DNA of 64,000 nt from an uncultured Gammaproteobacteria bacterium (lineage in GTDB: Bacteria; Patescibacteriota; Patescibacteriia; UBA11705), in assembly GCA_964592195.1 (NCBI GenBank), contig CAZQEI010000007.1:5082-69081 (forward strand), written 5' to 3'. Under the pieces are notes generated by a model, which saw only the letters and a list, made by a program, of their open reading frames with translations, ran no database searches and was not told where the DNA came from. The position numbers and the translations under genes were made by a program. This document shows, one piece after another, positions 37,416-48,149 of the stretch (positions are counted from its first letter, which is position 1; every line of letters begins with the position of its first letter).

Positions 37416-38612
37416 ATGGACGCGAAAAGAGTGGAGAAAATTTATTACGCGATTTCATTTTTTTACATGTTTCCGATGGCATTGTTTTTCATTGGATATG
37501 TATTGTTCTTAGCTGAGAATGGCATGAGTGATTCGAATATTGGTATTATTAACGGAATGTTTATGCTGGGAGTGTGTTTATTGGAAATTCCAACTGGTGT
37601 CATTGCCGACGCCTTTGGTAGAAAACTGTCGGTTATCCTTGGTTTGTTTGCCTATGCCTTAAGTTATTTTGTCTATTATTTAGGGCATACTTTAGGGGGA
37701 TTTATTTTAGCTGAATTGATATCGTCTTTTGGTTATTGTTTTATGAGCGGTGCTTTGGATGCTTGGTTGAAAGATTCACACGCTTTCTATCATGGTAAAA
37801 AATATTATGGCAAAATCATGACAAATGGTTTCTACTGGAAAAGAGTTGGTATGATGCTGGGCGGATTGACTGGCGCTGTTCTGATGATCAGCGGGAAACG
37901 CTGGGTTTGGTTGATATCATCGATAGTGCAATTAGCAGCGGCTTTAGTCTTTTGTAAATTGATGACTGAAGAATATTTTGTGAAGAGTAAATTCACTTTC
38001 AAATTAGCCAAAGAAAAAGTCAAATTGATTGTGCATAATAGTTTCCACTTTACGTGGAACACACTAATCATTCGCAAGTTAGCGATCCTTTCTGGTATCA
38101 GTTTCTTTGCTTGCCAGGCTTTGAATATGCAATGGACTAAATTGTTCTCTTCTATCTGGGGAGAAAGTTATTTGTGGATTGGTTACTTTTCTTTTAACGT
38201 TTGTATGCTGGGCGCTATCTTAATTGCGAAAAATTTTGTGAAACCGGAAAAAGAAAGATTGATGCTGACTGTCGGAGCATTGATTAGTGGCGTGTTTTTG
38301 TCTGCGTTGTTAATAAATCAGTCCATACCAATGATTGTTGTTGCCTTCTTGGCTTATGAAGTTGGTAGAGGAATTTTTCAGCCAGTGTACAGCGCATATT
38401 TACAACATCATGTTCCTTCCGACATCCGAGCTACCGTTACTTCTGCCACCTCCATTGTTGAACATCTTGGTATGGGCATGGGTTGGTGGTTGTCCGGTGT
38501 GGTGGTGTCGAGTTGGGGGATTGTAAATGTGTGGATGGTTTCCGGCTTGATATTCATGATAACTTTTGTAATGACATTCTGGATCCCGAAAAATCATATT
38601 GTGAAAGAATAA
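37416..38612 (+). CDS. MFS transporter
   Basis: LEIPTGVIADAFGRK motif A, SGALDAW, VPSDIRATV; about 12 TM. Confidence 0.92.
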   Translation: MDAKRVEKIYYAISFFYMFPMALFFIGYVLFLAENGMSDSNIGIINGMFMLGVCLLEIPTGVIADAFGRKLSVILGLFAYALSYFVYYLGHTLGGFILAELISSFGYCFMSGALDAWLKDSHAFYHGKKYYGKIMTNGFYWKRVGMMLGGLTGAVLMISGKRWVWLISSIVQLAAALVFCKLMTEEYFVKSKFTFKLAKEKVKLIVHNSFHFTWNTLIIRKLAILSGISFFACQALNMQWTKLFSSIWGESYLWIGYFSFNVCMLGAILIAKNFVKPEKERLMLTVGALISGVFLSALLINQSIPMIVVAFLAYEVGRGIFQPVYSAYLQHHVPSDIRATVTSATSIVEHLGMGMGWWLSGVVVSSWGIVNVWMVSGLIFMITFVMTFWIPKNHIVKE

Positions 38613-38753
38613 AAAAGAACAGCTCAAACGGGCTGTTTTTTTAATTTATTAATTGTGCTATAATTAAAATATAAAAATAAATGTATTGAATGGAGGGTTT
38701 TTGAATTTTGATCTTATGGTCAATGTTCATTGATCAATGTTCAATGAAAAAGT

Positions 38754-39521
38754 ATGGACAAAAATGTTTCGCGTTGGGATGTCTCCACGCGCTTGTTTGT
38801 TCTCTTGGTGATCTTGGCCGTGTTTGTAGTCGGCGCCTTTATTTCAACTGTGGTGAAGGTGGTGATTGACTTCTACAACATGCCAGGCAATTATCCACGA
38901 GAAATTTCTGTGTCTGCAGATGGCAAAGTTTATGCCAAGCCAGACATTGCGAAGATTAACATTGGAACCACATCCGAAGGTTTAGATATCAAAGTGGTGG
39001 TGGATGACAATGCCAAGAAGATGAATGCGATTACCGCGAAGTTGAAGACTTTGGGTGTTGAAGATCGTGATATTCAAACGATTTCTTACAACTTGTATCC
39101 TAATTATGATTGGCCAAACAATGTAAAAACATTGACCAATTACACTTTGGACAATCAGATTGAAGTAAAAGTTCGTGATTTTACCAAGGTGAGTGAAGTG
39201 ATTGCGCAGGCTACCACCTTAGGAGCAAATAATATCAATAATGTTCAATTTACTTTTGAAAATTTTGATAAAGTGAAAGAAGCGGCTCGGGCCAAGGCGA
39301 TTGAAAATGCCAAGGCCAAAGCTGTGTCTTTGACTAAACAAAGTGGTTTGAAATTGGGTAAGTTAGTAAATGTCTGGGACAATGATCAATCTGGTGTTTA
39401 CTATGATTACAAGGCTAGTCCAGCTGGTATGGGTGCTGGTGGTTTAATGGAATCACCTACAGTTGAATCTGGAGAACAGGAAATCGTAGTGAATGTTTCG
39501 TTGACTTATAAGTTGAAATAG
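38754..39521 (+). CDS. SIMPL domain (DUF541) protein
   Basis: ISVSADGKV...PDIA, DIQT..YNL.P.Y, GANNI, AR..AI..AK.KA, GEQEI.V.V. Confidence 0.9.
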   Translation: MDKNVSRWDVSTRLFVLLVILAVFVVGAFISTVVKVVIDFYNMPGNYPREISVSADGKVYAKPDIAKINIGTTSEGLDIKVVVDDNAKKMNAITAKLKTLGVEDRDIQTISYNLYPNYDWPNNVKTLTNYTLDNQIEVKVRDFTKVSEVIAQATTLGANNINNVQFTFENFDKVKEAARAKAIENAKAKAVSLTKQSGLKLGKLVNVWDNDQSGVYYDYKASPAGMGAGGLMESPTVESGEQEIVVNVSLTYKLK

Positions 39522-39592
39522 GTAGATATAAAAAATTCTCCGGTGATCGGGGAGTTTTTTTATTTGGTGAATATTTTAACTACTGGAAAAAT

Positions 39593-40876
39593 CTACTTAA
39601 CTACGGATATTTTTCCAGTTACCATTCCCATCCAGCAACTGAATGAATAAGTTCCAGTTTTTGTGGCCGTAAATTCTTTAACAATAGTTTTTCCGCGTTG
39701 AAGGGCTAAAGTTTCGCTGAATAAACTCTTTGCCACCAAGCGATTAGTGCAACCGCTGGTGCCAGTGTCAGTAATTTCCCAACGAACTGGAATGCCGGCT
39801 TTGACTGTGAATGAATTGGGAGAATAACCGCTGGCGGATGCATCCATATAGATAGTTTGAGTATTTTGATTTGTTAACGTGGAATCAATAGTCGGTTGAT
39901 TATTACTAAAGACGGTTTGCGGAAATATTAAGTTAATTTGATTACGAAGATTGAATAATGCAAAGATTATAATTAATAAACCAGCCGCCAAGGTTAAAGT
40001 TTTTTGATATTTATTCGGTTGCCAGAGTTTTGTTGAAAAATAGCCAATGATTAACAATGGAATGGTGGATCCTAAAGCAAAACTGGCCATGATTAACCCG
40101 CTGTGTAATGGTGAAGCGGCGATTAAACTGGCGCCCTGAGCAGTCAAAGCAAAACCACAAGGTAAGAAGAATGTGGCGACGCCGATTAGAACTGGATGGT
40201 CTATTTTATGTTTGAATTTTTCAAACAAGTTACCGCCATGAAATAGCTTTTTGATTTTTACACCGGCTAAACGTAAACCGATAATTAACATCCAAATTGA
40301 AATAATAATAATTAACCATGGGAAAAATGATTGACTTAAAGTTAAGTTTTTTCCTATCAATCCCAGAATAGTACCAAGAAGAAAGAATCCTCCAATTCTA
40401 CCAAAGTTAAATTGCAAATGTGGCCAAATAGGGGATTTGTCGTTTTTCCATTGTTGTCCCAGTGAAATTACAATACCGCCAATGAGTGCCGCGCAAGTTG
40501 ACACACCGGCGATCAAACCAAGTCCGGCGAATAAACCGAGCGAAGTTGAGCCTTCAATGTTAAAGTATTTATCCAATTGTAGTTTACTGATAAGAAAATA
40601 TATAACAAATACTCCAATCAGCAAACCAAAAGCCAACCACCAGTTGATTCTGTTATTTTGAGTGGTGGAAAATCTATATGGCGAATCTTTGAACAGGCGA
40701 TTGAGATCGTTTTCTGAAAGTTCTTTGTCTTTAAATAAAATTTCCACACGGTCGGGGTTGTGTTTGACTTCCGCTTTTTTGACCACCTCGTGGTCGTTCA
40801 AAGTTTCGGCAATAATTTTACTGCATGCTGGGCAGTGCATTCCGGATATAAAGTATGATTTGGTCATTTTTTTCAT
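39593..40876 (-). CDS. HMA + DsbD_2/TauE-like membrane + cupredoxin protein (metal homeostasis)
   Basis: GMHCPAC, GVSTCAALIGG, FLPCG, GYSP, FSCWMGM; start uncertain by a few codons. Confidence 0.85.
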   Translation of the reverse strand: MKKMTKSYFISGMHCPACSKIIAETLNDHEVVKKAEVKHNPDRVEILFKDKELSENDLNRLFKDSPYRFSTTQNNRINWWLAFGLLIGVFVIYFLISKLQLDKYFNIEGSTSLGLFAGLGLIAGVSTCAALIGGIVISLGQQWKNDKSPIWPHLQFNFGRIGGFFLLGTILGLIGKNLTLSQSFFPWLIIIISIWMLIIGLRLAGVKIKKLFHGGNLFEKFKHKIDHPVLIGVATFFLPCGFALTAQGASLIAASPLHSGLIMASFALGSTIPLLIIGYFSTKLWQPNKYQKTLTLAAGLLIIIFALFNLRNQINLIFPQTVFSNNQPTIDSTLTNQNTQTIYMDASASGYSPNSFTVKAGIPVRWEITDTGTSGCTNRLVAKSLFSETLALQRGKTIVKEFTATKTGTYSFSCWMGMVTGKISVVK

Positions 40877-41203
40877 GGAGCATGGAACATTGAACATGGA
40901 GCAACGAAATGTGCTGTGTTACATGTTATGTGTTACGTGCTGCGTGCTATGTGTTACATGATGTCATTTGTTAGCAAACTTGGAAACAGTGAGGATTTTA
41001 CTGATCATCGATTAATGAGTCTTGATCAATGAAAGACCCATACACTAGGTATAGGTTAAGTTTATCGCAAATGTCAATTATATCAAATTATGGAAGTTTG
41101 TTGAGGTGTTGATAACTTTGGTAAATAGCTTTGTTTGAATCATGTATTTAGGGTATAATAATAAGGTAATGAAATTAACAGTTTGACTAATTAACTGGAT
41201 CAT

Positions 41204-41569
41204 ATGCCCAGTAAAATTTTAATCGCAGAAGATGAAAAACCAATGGCTCGGGCTTTGGTTTTGAAATTAACCAAAGAAGGCTTTGATGCTCAGAGTGCTG
41301 GAGATGGCGAAGAAGCTTTGCAAATCTTAGAAAAAGGTGGAATCGATCTTATGCTTTTGGATTTAGTTATGCCAAAGTTGGATGGCTTCGGAGTGTTGAA
41401 GGCAGTAAAAGAAAGAAAAATTAAAGTTAAAATAATTGTTAGTTCCAATCTTAGCCAGACTGAAGATTTTAACAAGGCAAAAGAATTGGGAGCGTTGGAT
41501 TTTATGGTGAAGTCAAATGTTTCACTCAGCGAAATCGTAGAAAAAGTAAAAAAATATCTAAACGAATAA
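41204..41569 (+). CDS. Single-domain response regulator
   Basis: ILIAEDE, LLDLVMPKLDG, SNL, MVK. Confidence 0.92.
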   Translation: MPSKILIAEDEKPMARALVLKLTKEGFDAQSAGDGEEALQILEKGGIDLMLLDLVMPKLDGFGVLKAVKERKIKVKIIVSSNLSQTEDFNKAKELGALDFMVKSNVSLSEIVEKVKKYLNE

Positions 41570-41590
41570 AAAGCTTAACAAGCCAAACAT

Positions 41591-43384
41591 ATGGCTAATA
41601 GGAAGGGGACTACTGAGGTCAAGGCCAAAGTAGAAAAAAACAAATCAAATAAAGGTAATCTCGAAGGTCAAACCAAAGCCAAGGTTATAACGCAGGAAGT
41701 GAAACCCGAGGCAGCGGCCAAGAAGTTGACTGACGAAAGTTTGGGAAAGGTATTGCTCGAGCAGAGTTACATCTCGGCTGATGATTTGAAGGCAGCGGAA
41801 AATTATACAAAGTCCGGGCGCGGTAAGCTCACGGAGTTTTTATTATCCAATGGAATTTTGAATAAAGATTTATTGGGCCAAGCTGTAGCTGAGTATTACA
41901 AGGTTCCTTATGCTGATTTAAATACTAATACTCCAAAGCGCGATCAAGTTTTAAAAATTCCAGAATCCTTGGCCATGCAATATCGGGCAGTCTTATATCG
42001 TGAAGATGCGAAAACTGCAGTTATTACCACTGATGCTTTGGTGGAAATGCCACCACTATCAGGTTTTCAACCTTTATTCCCAGGGAAAAAGGTGGTTTTG
42101 GCATATTCAATTTCTGATGATATTGATTTTGTCCTCGGTTACTACAAAAAGTCTCTCGAAACGCAATTCTCAAAGATTATCGAAAACCAAGCTAGGATTG
42201 CGCCTGAGTTGTTGGAAGTTATTTTCAAGGACGCTTTGGCACAAAAAGCATCAGATATTCACTTTGAACCAAACGAAAAAGATGTCTTAGTCCGCTTCAG
42301 AGTTGATGGTCTTTTGTATGCCGCTGGTCATTTACCGGTCAAATTTTATCAAAACATTTTAAATCGCGTCAAAGTTTTGAGCAATATGCGCATTGATGAG
42401 CACTATGCAGCTCAGGATGGTGCTATTCGTTTCTTTGATGATAATCACGAGAAGGTAGATATGCGTGTGTCAGTCAGCCCTACTATCGAAGGTGAAAAGA
42501 TTGTTATTCGTTTGCTCAGTCATTATATCCAAAACTTTTCTTTGGCAGATTTAGGTTTGTCTGATGCTCATCGTGAAATGGTGGCCAAGGCTGCGGCGAA
42601 ACCTTTTGGTATGATTCTCGTTACCGGTCCGACTGGATCAGGCAAGACTACAACTTTGTATTCATTGTTGAAACTGTTAAATAGCTCGGATGTTAATATT
42701 ACTACTATTGAAGACCCGGTAGAATATCGATTGGCCGGTGTCAATCAGATTCAGGTAAATGCTGCTACAAATTTAACTTTTGCGAAAGGTTTGCGTTCTA
42801 TTGTGCGTCAAGATCCGGATATTATTTTGGTGGGCGAAGTTCGTGATACGGAAACTGCTGAAATTAGTGTGAATGCGGCTTTGACCGGACATTTATTATT
42901 ATCAACTTTCCATGCCAACGATGCAGCCTCAGCTATCCCTCGTTTGTTGGATATGGGTGTAGAACCATTCTTGATTTCTTCTACCTTGGAAATAATTGTG
43001 GCACAGCGTTTAGTTCGTCATATTTGTGATAATTGTAGAGTTAGTATGATTATGACGAAGAAGCAAGTGGAGGATAAATTTACCGGCGCCAGTAAGTATT
43101 TTACTGAAGAGCAAAATACGGTTTATGAAGGCAAGGGTTGTCATTTATGTAATAATACTGGCTATCGCGGACGTACTGCTATTTTTGAAGTTATTACCAT
43201 TACTCCAGAAATGGAAGAGTTAATTGTTAAAAGTCCATCGACCAAAGAAATTTGGGATTTGGCCAAAAAACAAGGTGCCAGCTCAGTCTTTGAAGATGGT
43301 ATTTTGAAAATTCGGGAGGGAATTACCACGATTGATGAATTGTTGCGTGTAGCTGAACCGCCAGTTGAACAAGTTGTTAGTTAA
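41591..43384 (+). CDS. pilB: Type IV pilus/T2SS assembly ATPase (GspE/PilB), copy 1
   Basis: ASDIHFEP, GPTGSGKTTT, IEDPVEY, RQDPDIILVGEVRD, TGHL, Zn-binding CxxC pairs. Confidence 0.93.
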   Translation: MANRKGTTEVKAKVEKNKSNKGNLEGQTKAKVITQEVKPEAAAKKLTDESLGKVLLEQSYISADDLKAAENYTKSGRGKLTEFLLSNGILNKDLLGQAVAEYYKVPYADLNTNTPKRDQVLKIPESLAMQYRAVLYREDAKTAVITTDALVEMPPLSGFQPLFPGKKVVLAYSISDDIDFVLGYYKKSLETQFSKIIENQARIAPELLEVIFKDALAQKASDIHFEPNEKDVLVRFRVDGLLYAAGHLPVKFYQNILNRVKVLSNMRIDEHYAAQDGAIRFFDDNHEKVDMRVSVSPTIEGEKIVIRLLSHYIQNFSLADLGLSDAHREMVAKAAAKPFGMILVTGPTGSGKTTTLYSLLKLLNSSDVNITTIEDPVEYRLAGVNQIQVNAATNLTFAKGLRSIVRQDPDIILVGEVRDTETAEISVNAALTGHLLLSTFHANDAASAIPRLLDMGVEPFLISSTLEIIVAQRLVRHICDNCRVSMIMTKKQVEDKFTGASKYFTEEQNTVYEGKGCHLCNNTGYRGRTAIFEVITITPEMEELIVKSPSTKEIWDLAKKQGASSVFEDGILKIREGITTIDELLRVAEPPVEQVVS

Positions 43385-43398
43385 AAAAAAGGGGGAAT

Positions 43399-44562
43399 AT
43401 GGGAAAACAAGAAAACAAAAAAACAATAAAACAAAAAAGCAAAGAGAATAATAATATAAATAGCAAAAAGTTTGATTTTGCTGAGTTTTGGCGTAAATAT
43501 TTTGTGCGCTATTTTGGTTGGAGCTGGAGAAAAGAGAAAGAATATTTAGTTGAGAACTTGGCTATGTTGTTAACTTCAGGTATGGATATTACTTTGGCCT
43601 TGAAGGCTATCCAATCTGAAATGAAAAGTGCTTTTTTAAAAAAGGTTTTACAAGAAGTCAACGATGATATTACCAATGGTTCCCCGATTTGGGAAGCGAT
43701 GCGCAAGAGTCAGCTTTTTCCAGAGTATGTGATTGCCTTGATTCGCGTTGGTGAAGAGTCTGGTCAGCTAAATGAAAAATTGAAAGTGGTATCAGAGCAA
43801 GAAAAAAGACAAAGAGTTTTAAAATCTCGAATCACTGCGGCTTTGAGTTATCCAGTGTTAATAATATTGTTAACCTTAGTCGTGGGTGTGGCGATCAGCA
43901 CCTTTGTTTTGCCCCGTTTTGTTATGTTGTTTGGTCAAATTGATAAAGAATTGCCGGTAGCCACTAAAGGTTTGATTTGGTTAAGTTCATTTCTAGTAAA
44001 TAATGGTGTTTGGGCTGTGCCAATGTTCTTTGTGTTACTCGCGTTAACGGTATTTTTTGTCTTCATGTTTCCCAAAACCAAATTTATGGGTCAGTGGTTG
44101 TTTTTTCATCTGCCGGTAACAAAAAATTTGGTGCAAGAAATTGAAATTGCGCGTTTTGGTTCCAACTTGGGAACTTTATTAAAAGCTGGTTTGCCAGTGG
44201 GAGATGCTTTGGAAGCCTTGATTCGCTCGGTGAGTTTTTATAATTATAAAAAATTCTATTCATTTATAAAATCGCACGTCATGGATGGTGATACTTTTTT
44301 GCAAGCATTCAATAGCTATCCTCGTAGCCATAAACTGTTACCATTGTCTATCCAGCAAATGATCGGTTCGAGTGAACAATCTTCTTTCTTAGCGGAAAGT
44401 TTGATGGGGCTGGCGGAGGTTTACGAAGTGAAAACTGATATTACTGCCAAAAATTTAACGACCCTTTTAGAGCCAGTTTTGTTGATCTTTATCGGATTAG
44501 CAGTCTTGGGTGTGGCACTGGCTATTATTTTGCCGATTTATGGCTTGATAAATAATTTGTAA
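43399..44562 (+). CDS. pilC: Type IV pilus/T2SS platform protein (GspF/PilC), copy 1
   Basis: GEESGQL, ALSYP, LP..T, LLEP. Confidence 0.92.
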   Translation: MGKQENKKTIKQKSKENNNINSKKFDFAEFWRKYFVRYFGWSWRKEKEYLVENLAMLLTSGMDITLALKAIQSEMKSAFLKKVLQEVNDDITNGSPIWEAMRKSQLFPEYVIALIRVGEESGQLNEKLKVVSEQEKRQRVLKSRITAALSYPVLIILLTLVVGVAISTFVLPRFVMLFGQIDKELPVATKGLIWLSSFLVNNGVWAVPMFFVLLALTVFFVFMFPKTKFMGQWLFFHLPVTKNLVQEIEIARFGSNLGTLLKAGLPVGDALEALIRSVSFYNYKKFYSFIKSHVMDGDTFLQAFNSYPRSHKLLPLSIQQMIGSSEQSSFLAESLMGLAEVYEVKTDITAKNLTTLLEPVLLIFIGLAVLGVALAIILPIYGLINNL

Positions 44563-44567
44563 TAAAC

Positions 44568-45002
44568 ATGAAAAGATCGGGCTTCAGTCTTTTAGAAATG
44601 TTAATCGTGATTACTCTATTGGGACTGCTAGCGGCATTGTCCTTTCCTTTTTATAATCCTCTAGTGGCTCGTCATAATATCGCTAGTGCACGCGATACAG
44701 TAGTCCGTAGTTTGCATCGTACCCAGCTGTTATCCATGGCAATGGCTAATGATACGACTTGGGGTATTCATTTTGAAGCGGGGAAGGTAGTGATTTTCAA
44801 AGGTGCAACCTATATCGGACGTGATGCTGCTTATGATCAGGTAAATACTCTTGCCAGTAATATAACTTTTTCAGGCTTAAATGATTTTATTTTTACTAAG
44901 TTTGACGGTTACCCCGCCAGCACCGGAACAATTACCATTACCGGAGGGAATAGCGAAACAAAAACCATTACCTTGAATGCGAAGGGGATGGTTAGCTATT
45001 AA
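44568..45002 (+). CDS. Minor pilin (FimT/GspH-like)
   Basis: SG|FSLLEML prepilin motif. Confidence 0.85.
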   Translation: MKRSGFSLLEMLIVITLLGLLAALSFPFYNPLVARHNIASARDTVVRSLHRTQLLSMAMANDTTWGIHFEAGKVVIFKGATYIGRDAAYDQVNTLASNITFSGLNDFIFTKFDGYPASTGTITITGGNSETKTITLNAKGMVSY

Positions 45003-45099
45003 GATAATAAATCGCTACGAATGACATATTTGCTACGAAACTACGAATAATATTTCCAATACGTAGATTTGTAGCCGATTCGTTATTAGTAGTAAATAT

Positions 45100-46845
45100 C
45101 TGCTTACAGAGAATAAACAAAAAACAGGTTACAGTCTCGTCGAAGCGTTGCTTGCCATCGCTTTGTTTGCGTTAATTGCATCTGGATTAGCGGGTAGTTT
45201 GATTTATGGATATTTCTCAACCTCATTGGCTGGCACTAGAGAACGAGCGGCTTTCATTGGGGAAGAAGGTTTAGATGCTAGTCATAATATTCGGGATGCG
45301 GCTTATACAAACTTGGTAAATGGAACTACTGGGGTGTCCGTGGCTAGCAATGTTTGGACTTTTTCTGGAGCTTCGGATACTACCAATGGAATTACTCGCG
45401 CAATAACAATTGCGGACGCTGGTTCCAATCGTAAGCAATTAACTGAAGCGGTGACTTGGACGCAAATGACAGGTCGCGCCGGTAGTTTTAATTTGGTGAC
45501 ATATTTAACTAATTGGAGAAGAGTGGGTGTGGCTTTGTATAATGCATTATTAATATATGGTGATGGTACAACCAGTCCGAAATATAGAACCTATAATAAT
45601 ACTACTAACGTTTTTAGTACAGAAACAACCACTGTTACAAATGCGGTCTCTCCGACATTTATAATGAGAACCTCTCCAACAAAATCAGAAGCAATCGCTG
45701 CTTTTTATAATTCTTCCGGAGATATGTATGTCATGTGTTTTGATGGTACAACATGGACCGATGAGTGGAATGTAAGTGTTGGCGGTACTGGTGCTGGGAG
45801 AAGAGTCGATGTAGCTTATGAAACAGCGTCAGGCGATGTAATGGTCTTATATAGTACTAATACCGCGACAACAAACGAGTTAAACTATCGGACTAAGGCA
45901 GGAAGCGCAGGCTGCGGCACTGTGAATTGGTCGGCCGCTCAAAATCTTAACCCTGTTAGAACTGCGAATATCATTAATTATATCCGTTTGGCTTGGGATC
46001 GTCGCGCCGGACAAAATTTAATTGCTGCAACCTGGGTGGATATCAGTGATGACTTGTCGAGCGCCATTTGGACAGGATCAGCCTGGACGAATGAACCAGC
46101 GACAGTTTCAGATACCAATGTTGAAAGGGTGTCAGTTGGGCATGATCTAGAAAATATGGATATTGAATATGAGTCATTGTCTGGAGATGTCATGATGGTT
46201 TGGGGTACCACCGTTGGTAATAATGCGAATGGTGTCCGATATCGAACTTGTAATGGCGGCACATCATCTTGCACTTGGAGCGCTGTGACGACTCCCCCAA
46301 CATTTAATGATGACGCTACCAACCTTGATTTATCTGCGAATCCAAATACCGACCAAATGGTTTTTGCCTCTATTGGAGAGAATCAGCGCGATTTACAAAT
46401 AGGCTATTGGAGTGGGACTACTTGGACGAATACAGCAAACGTAGATACTTCATGCAATACTCCTTTTGCTGGTTCCAAGTTGGTTTCGACGGGATGGTTG
46501 ATAAATGGTGCCACGACAAGGTCGGTAGTCCTTTATGAAGATCAGAATTCGAACAGCCTTAATTGGTATGTTGGAAATGTTGGTGTTTTTACTGTTCAGG
46601 GGGACTTCGTTGTTTTTCCTGCTCCTGTCAATCCAAATGGTTATTATGATATTCAAATGAATCCGCTTAGCAAAGATCAGCTGATGTTTTGTTTCTCAGA
46701 TAATAATAATGATTTATTCTGTAAACGTTTAGCTATGTCAGCCGTGCCGGCTTTTACATGGACAAATTCCGATGGTGCTGTTTTAGAAACAACTTTACCT
46801 CAAAAGATAACTAGCCCATTTGCGTTTGCGTATTGGAGACAATGA
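45100..46845 (+). CDS. Large pilin-like protein with extended adhesin-like C-terminal domain (start uncertain)
   Basis: In-frame KTG|YSLVEALLA motif at 45121-45150 upstream of the TTG used by the ORF track; Thr/Asn/Trp-rich C-terminus. Confidence 0.75.
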   Translation: MLTENKQKTGYSLVEALLAIALFALIASGLAGSLIYGYFSTSLAGTRERAAFIGEEGLDASHNIRDAAYTNLVNGTTGVSVASNVWTFSGASDTTNGITRAITIADAGSNRKQLTEAVTWTQMTGRAGSFNLVTYLTNWRRVGVALYNALLIYGDGTTSPKYRTYNNTTNVFSTETTTVTNAVSPTFIMRTSPTKSEAIAAFYNSSGDMYVMCFDGTTWTDEWNVSVGGTGAGRRVDVAYETASGDVMVLYSTNTATTNELNYRTKAGSAGCGTVNWSAAQNLNPVRTANIINYIRLAWDRRAGQNLIAATWVDISDDLSSAIWTGSAWTNEPATVSDTNVERVSVGHDLENMDIEYESLSGDVMMVWGTTVGNNANGVRYRTCNGGTSSCTWSAVTTPPTFNDDATNLDLSANPNTDQMVFASIGENQRDLQIGYWSGTTWTNTANVDTSCNTPFAGSKLVSTGWLINGATTRSVVLYEDQNSNSLNWYVGNVGVFTVQGDFVVFPAPVNPNGYYDIQMNPLSKDQLMFCFSDNNNDLFCKRLAMSAVPAFTWTNSDGAVLETTLPQKITSPFAFAYWRQ

Positions 46846-46970
46846 TTTCATTGAACATCGATCAAGGATCATTGATCATTGAACGTGAAGCAGCAAAGAA
46901 TAATTTAAAATTTTTCTAATCGTTGCACGTTTAACGCTTAACGAATTACGCTTTACGAATATCGAAAAAA

Positions 46971-47504
46971 ATGGCAAATATTATCACAACCAAATTTCAA
47001 ACAAACAAACGAGGTTTTACTCTCGTGGAATTTGTGATTTATGTTGGCATTGTGGCTCTGATGATAACCAGTTTAAGTTCATTTTTAATCATGGCAGTAT
47101 CGGCAAGAACTAAAGCAGAAGCAGTGGCGAATGTGGAAGAGCAGGGTATTGCGGCCATGCAAAGAATTACACAAACGATAAGAAACGCAACTAGTATTAC
47201 CGCTCCTAGTATTGGCACCAGTAGTGCAACTGGAGCGACCGTGGTTGTCCCAACCGGTGCGTTAAGTCCGACTTTGTTTAATTTATCATCAGGTGTTCTT
47301 CAAATGAAAGAAGGGGCTGGCGCGTATGTTGATTTAACTTCCAGTCAAGTAGTCGTTTCAGGTTTAACTTTTTATAATGTATCGAGACCGAGTACTTCTG
47401 GATCAATGAAAATACAATTTACAGTTTCAACACCAGCTACAAGTGTCGCTCCGCATTTTACCTATTCAAAAACTTTTAATGGAACCGCTACTTTAAGACC
47501 ATAA
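46971..47504 (+). CDS. Minor pilin (PilW-like)
   Basis: RG|FTLVEF motif. Confidence 0.85.
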   Translation: MANIITTKFQTNKRGFTLVEFVIYVGIVALMITSLSSFLIMAVSARTKAEAVANVEEQGIAAMQRITQTIRNATSITAPSIGTSSATGATVVVPTGALSPTLFNLSSGVLQMKEGAGAYVDLTSSQVVVSGLTFYNVSRPSTSGSMKIQFTVSTPATSVAPHFTYSKTFNGTATLRP

Positions 47505-47508
47505 TAAA

Positions 47509-47910
47509 ATGAAGAAATTGATTCACAACAAAACCGGATTTGCCTTGATTGTTATGGTTTTGGTTATGGGAGCGGTGGCTCTGACTGTGGTGACAGTAGT
47601 TTTTGCCTTGGGAATTGGCTCCACTATGACTAGTACCGAGTTCGTGGCTTCTCATCAAGCCAAGGCTTTGGCAAACGCTTGTGCTGAGGAAGCTTTGGAG
47701 CAAGTCCGAGCGAGTACGGCCTACACTGGTACTGGAAGTCTAAGTTTGAGTACTGGCAGTTGTTCCTATACGGTTAGCAATACTGGTGGAGAAACGCGAT
47801 CTATTACTACTAACGCTACGGTTAGAAATATGACTCGTCGGGTGGCGATCACGGTGACTGCGATTAATCCATATATTACTATTTCTTCATGGCAGGAAGT
47901 GGCGAATTAG
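47509..47910 (+). CDS. Minor pilin (PilX-like, lacks E5)
   Basis: TG|FALIVM; ANACAEEAL; C-terminal SWQE. Confidence 0.8.
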   Translation: MKKLIHNKTGFALIVMVLVMGAVALTVVTVVFALGIGSTMTSTEFVASHQAKALANACAEEALEQVRASTAYTGTGSLSLSTGSCSYTVSNTGGETRSITTNATVRNMTRRVAITVTAINPYITISSWQEVAN

Positions 47911-47914
47911 ATTT

Positions 47915-48135
47915 GAGCGATTAGCGGTTGGCGAAGAGCGATTAGGGATATGAATTATGAATTAAGGGAATAGGAACCGGTAACCCGTAACCAGTAACTA
48001 GTAATCAGTAATCGGTAACCCGTAACCAGTAATAAGTAATACGTAATATGCAACTAAAATCTATAATCTTTTAACGTTTATCGTATCACGAATAACGCTT
48101 TACGAATTACGAATATCGTTTAACGAATAACGAAC
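47915..48135 (+). repeat. Composite heptamer array
   Basis: GCGATTA, GAATTA[TA], GTAACC[ACG], central AATCTATAATCTTT, TTACGAA units. Confidence 0.85.
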
Positions 48136-48149
48136 TAAAACTCAGGGGT

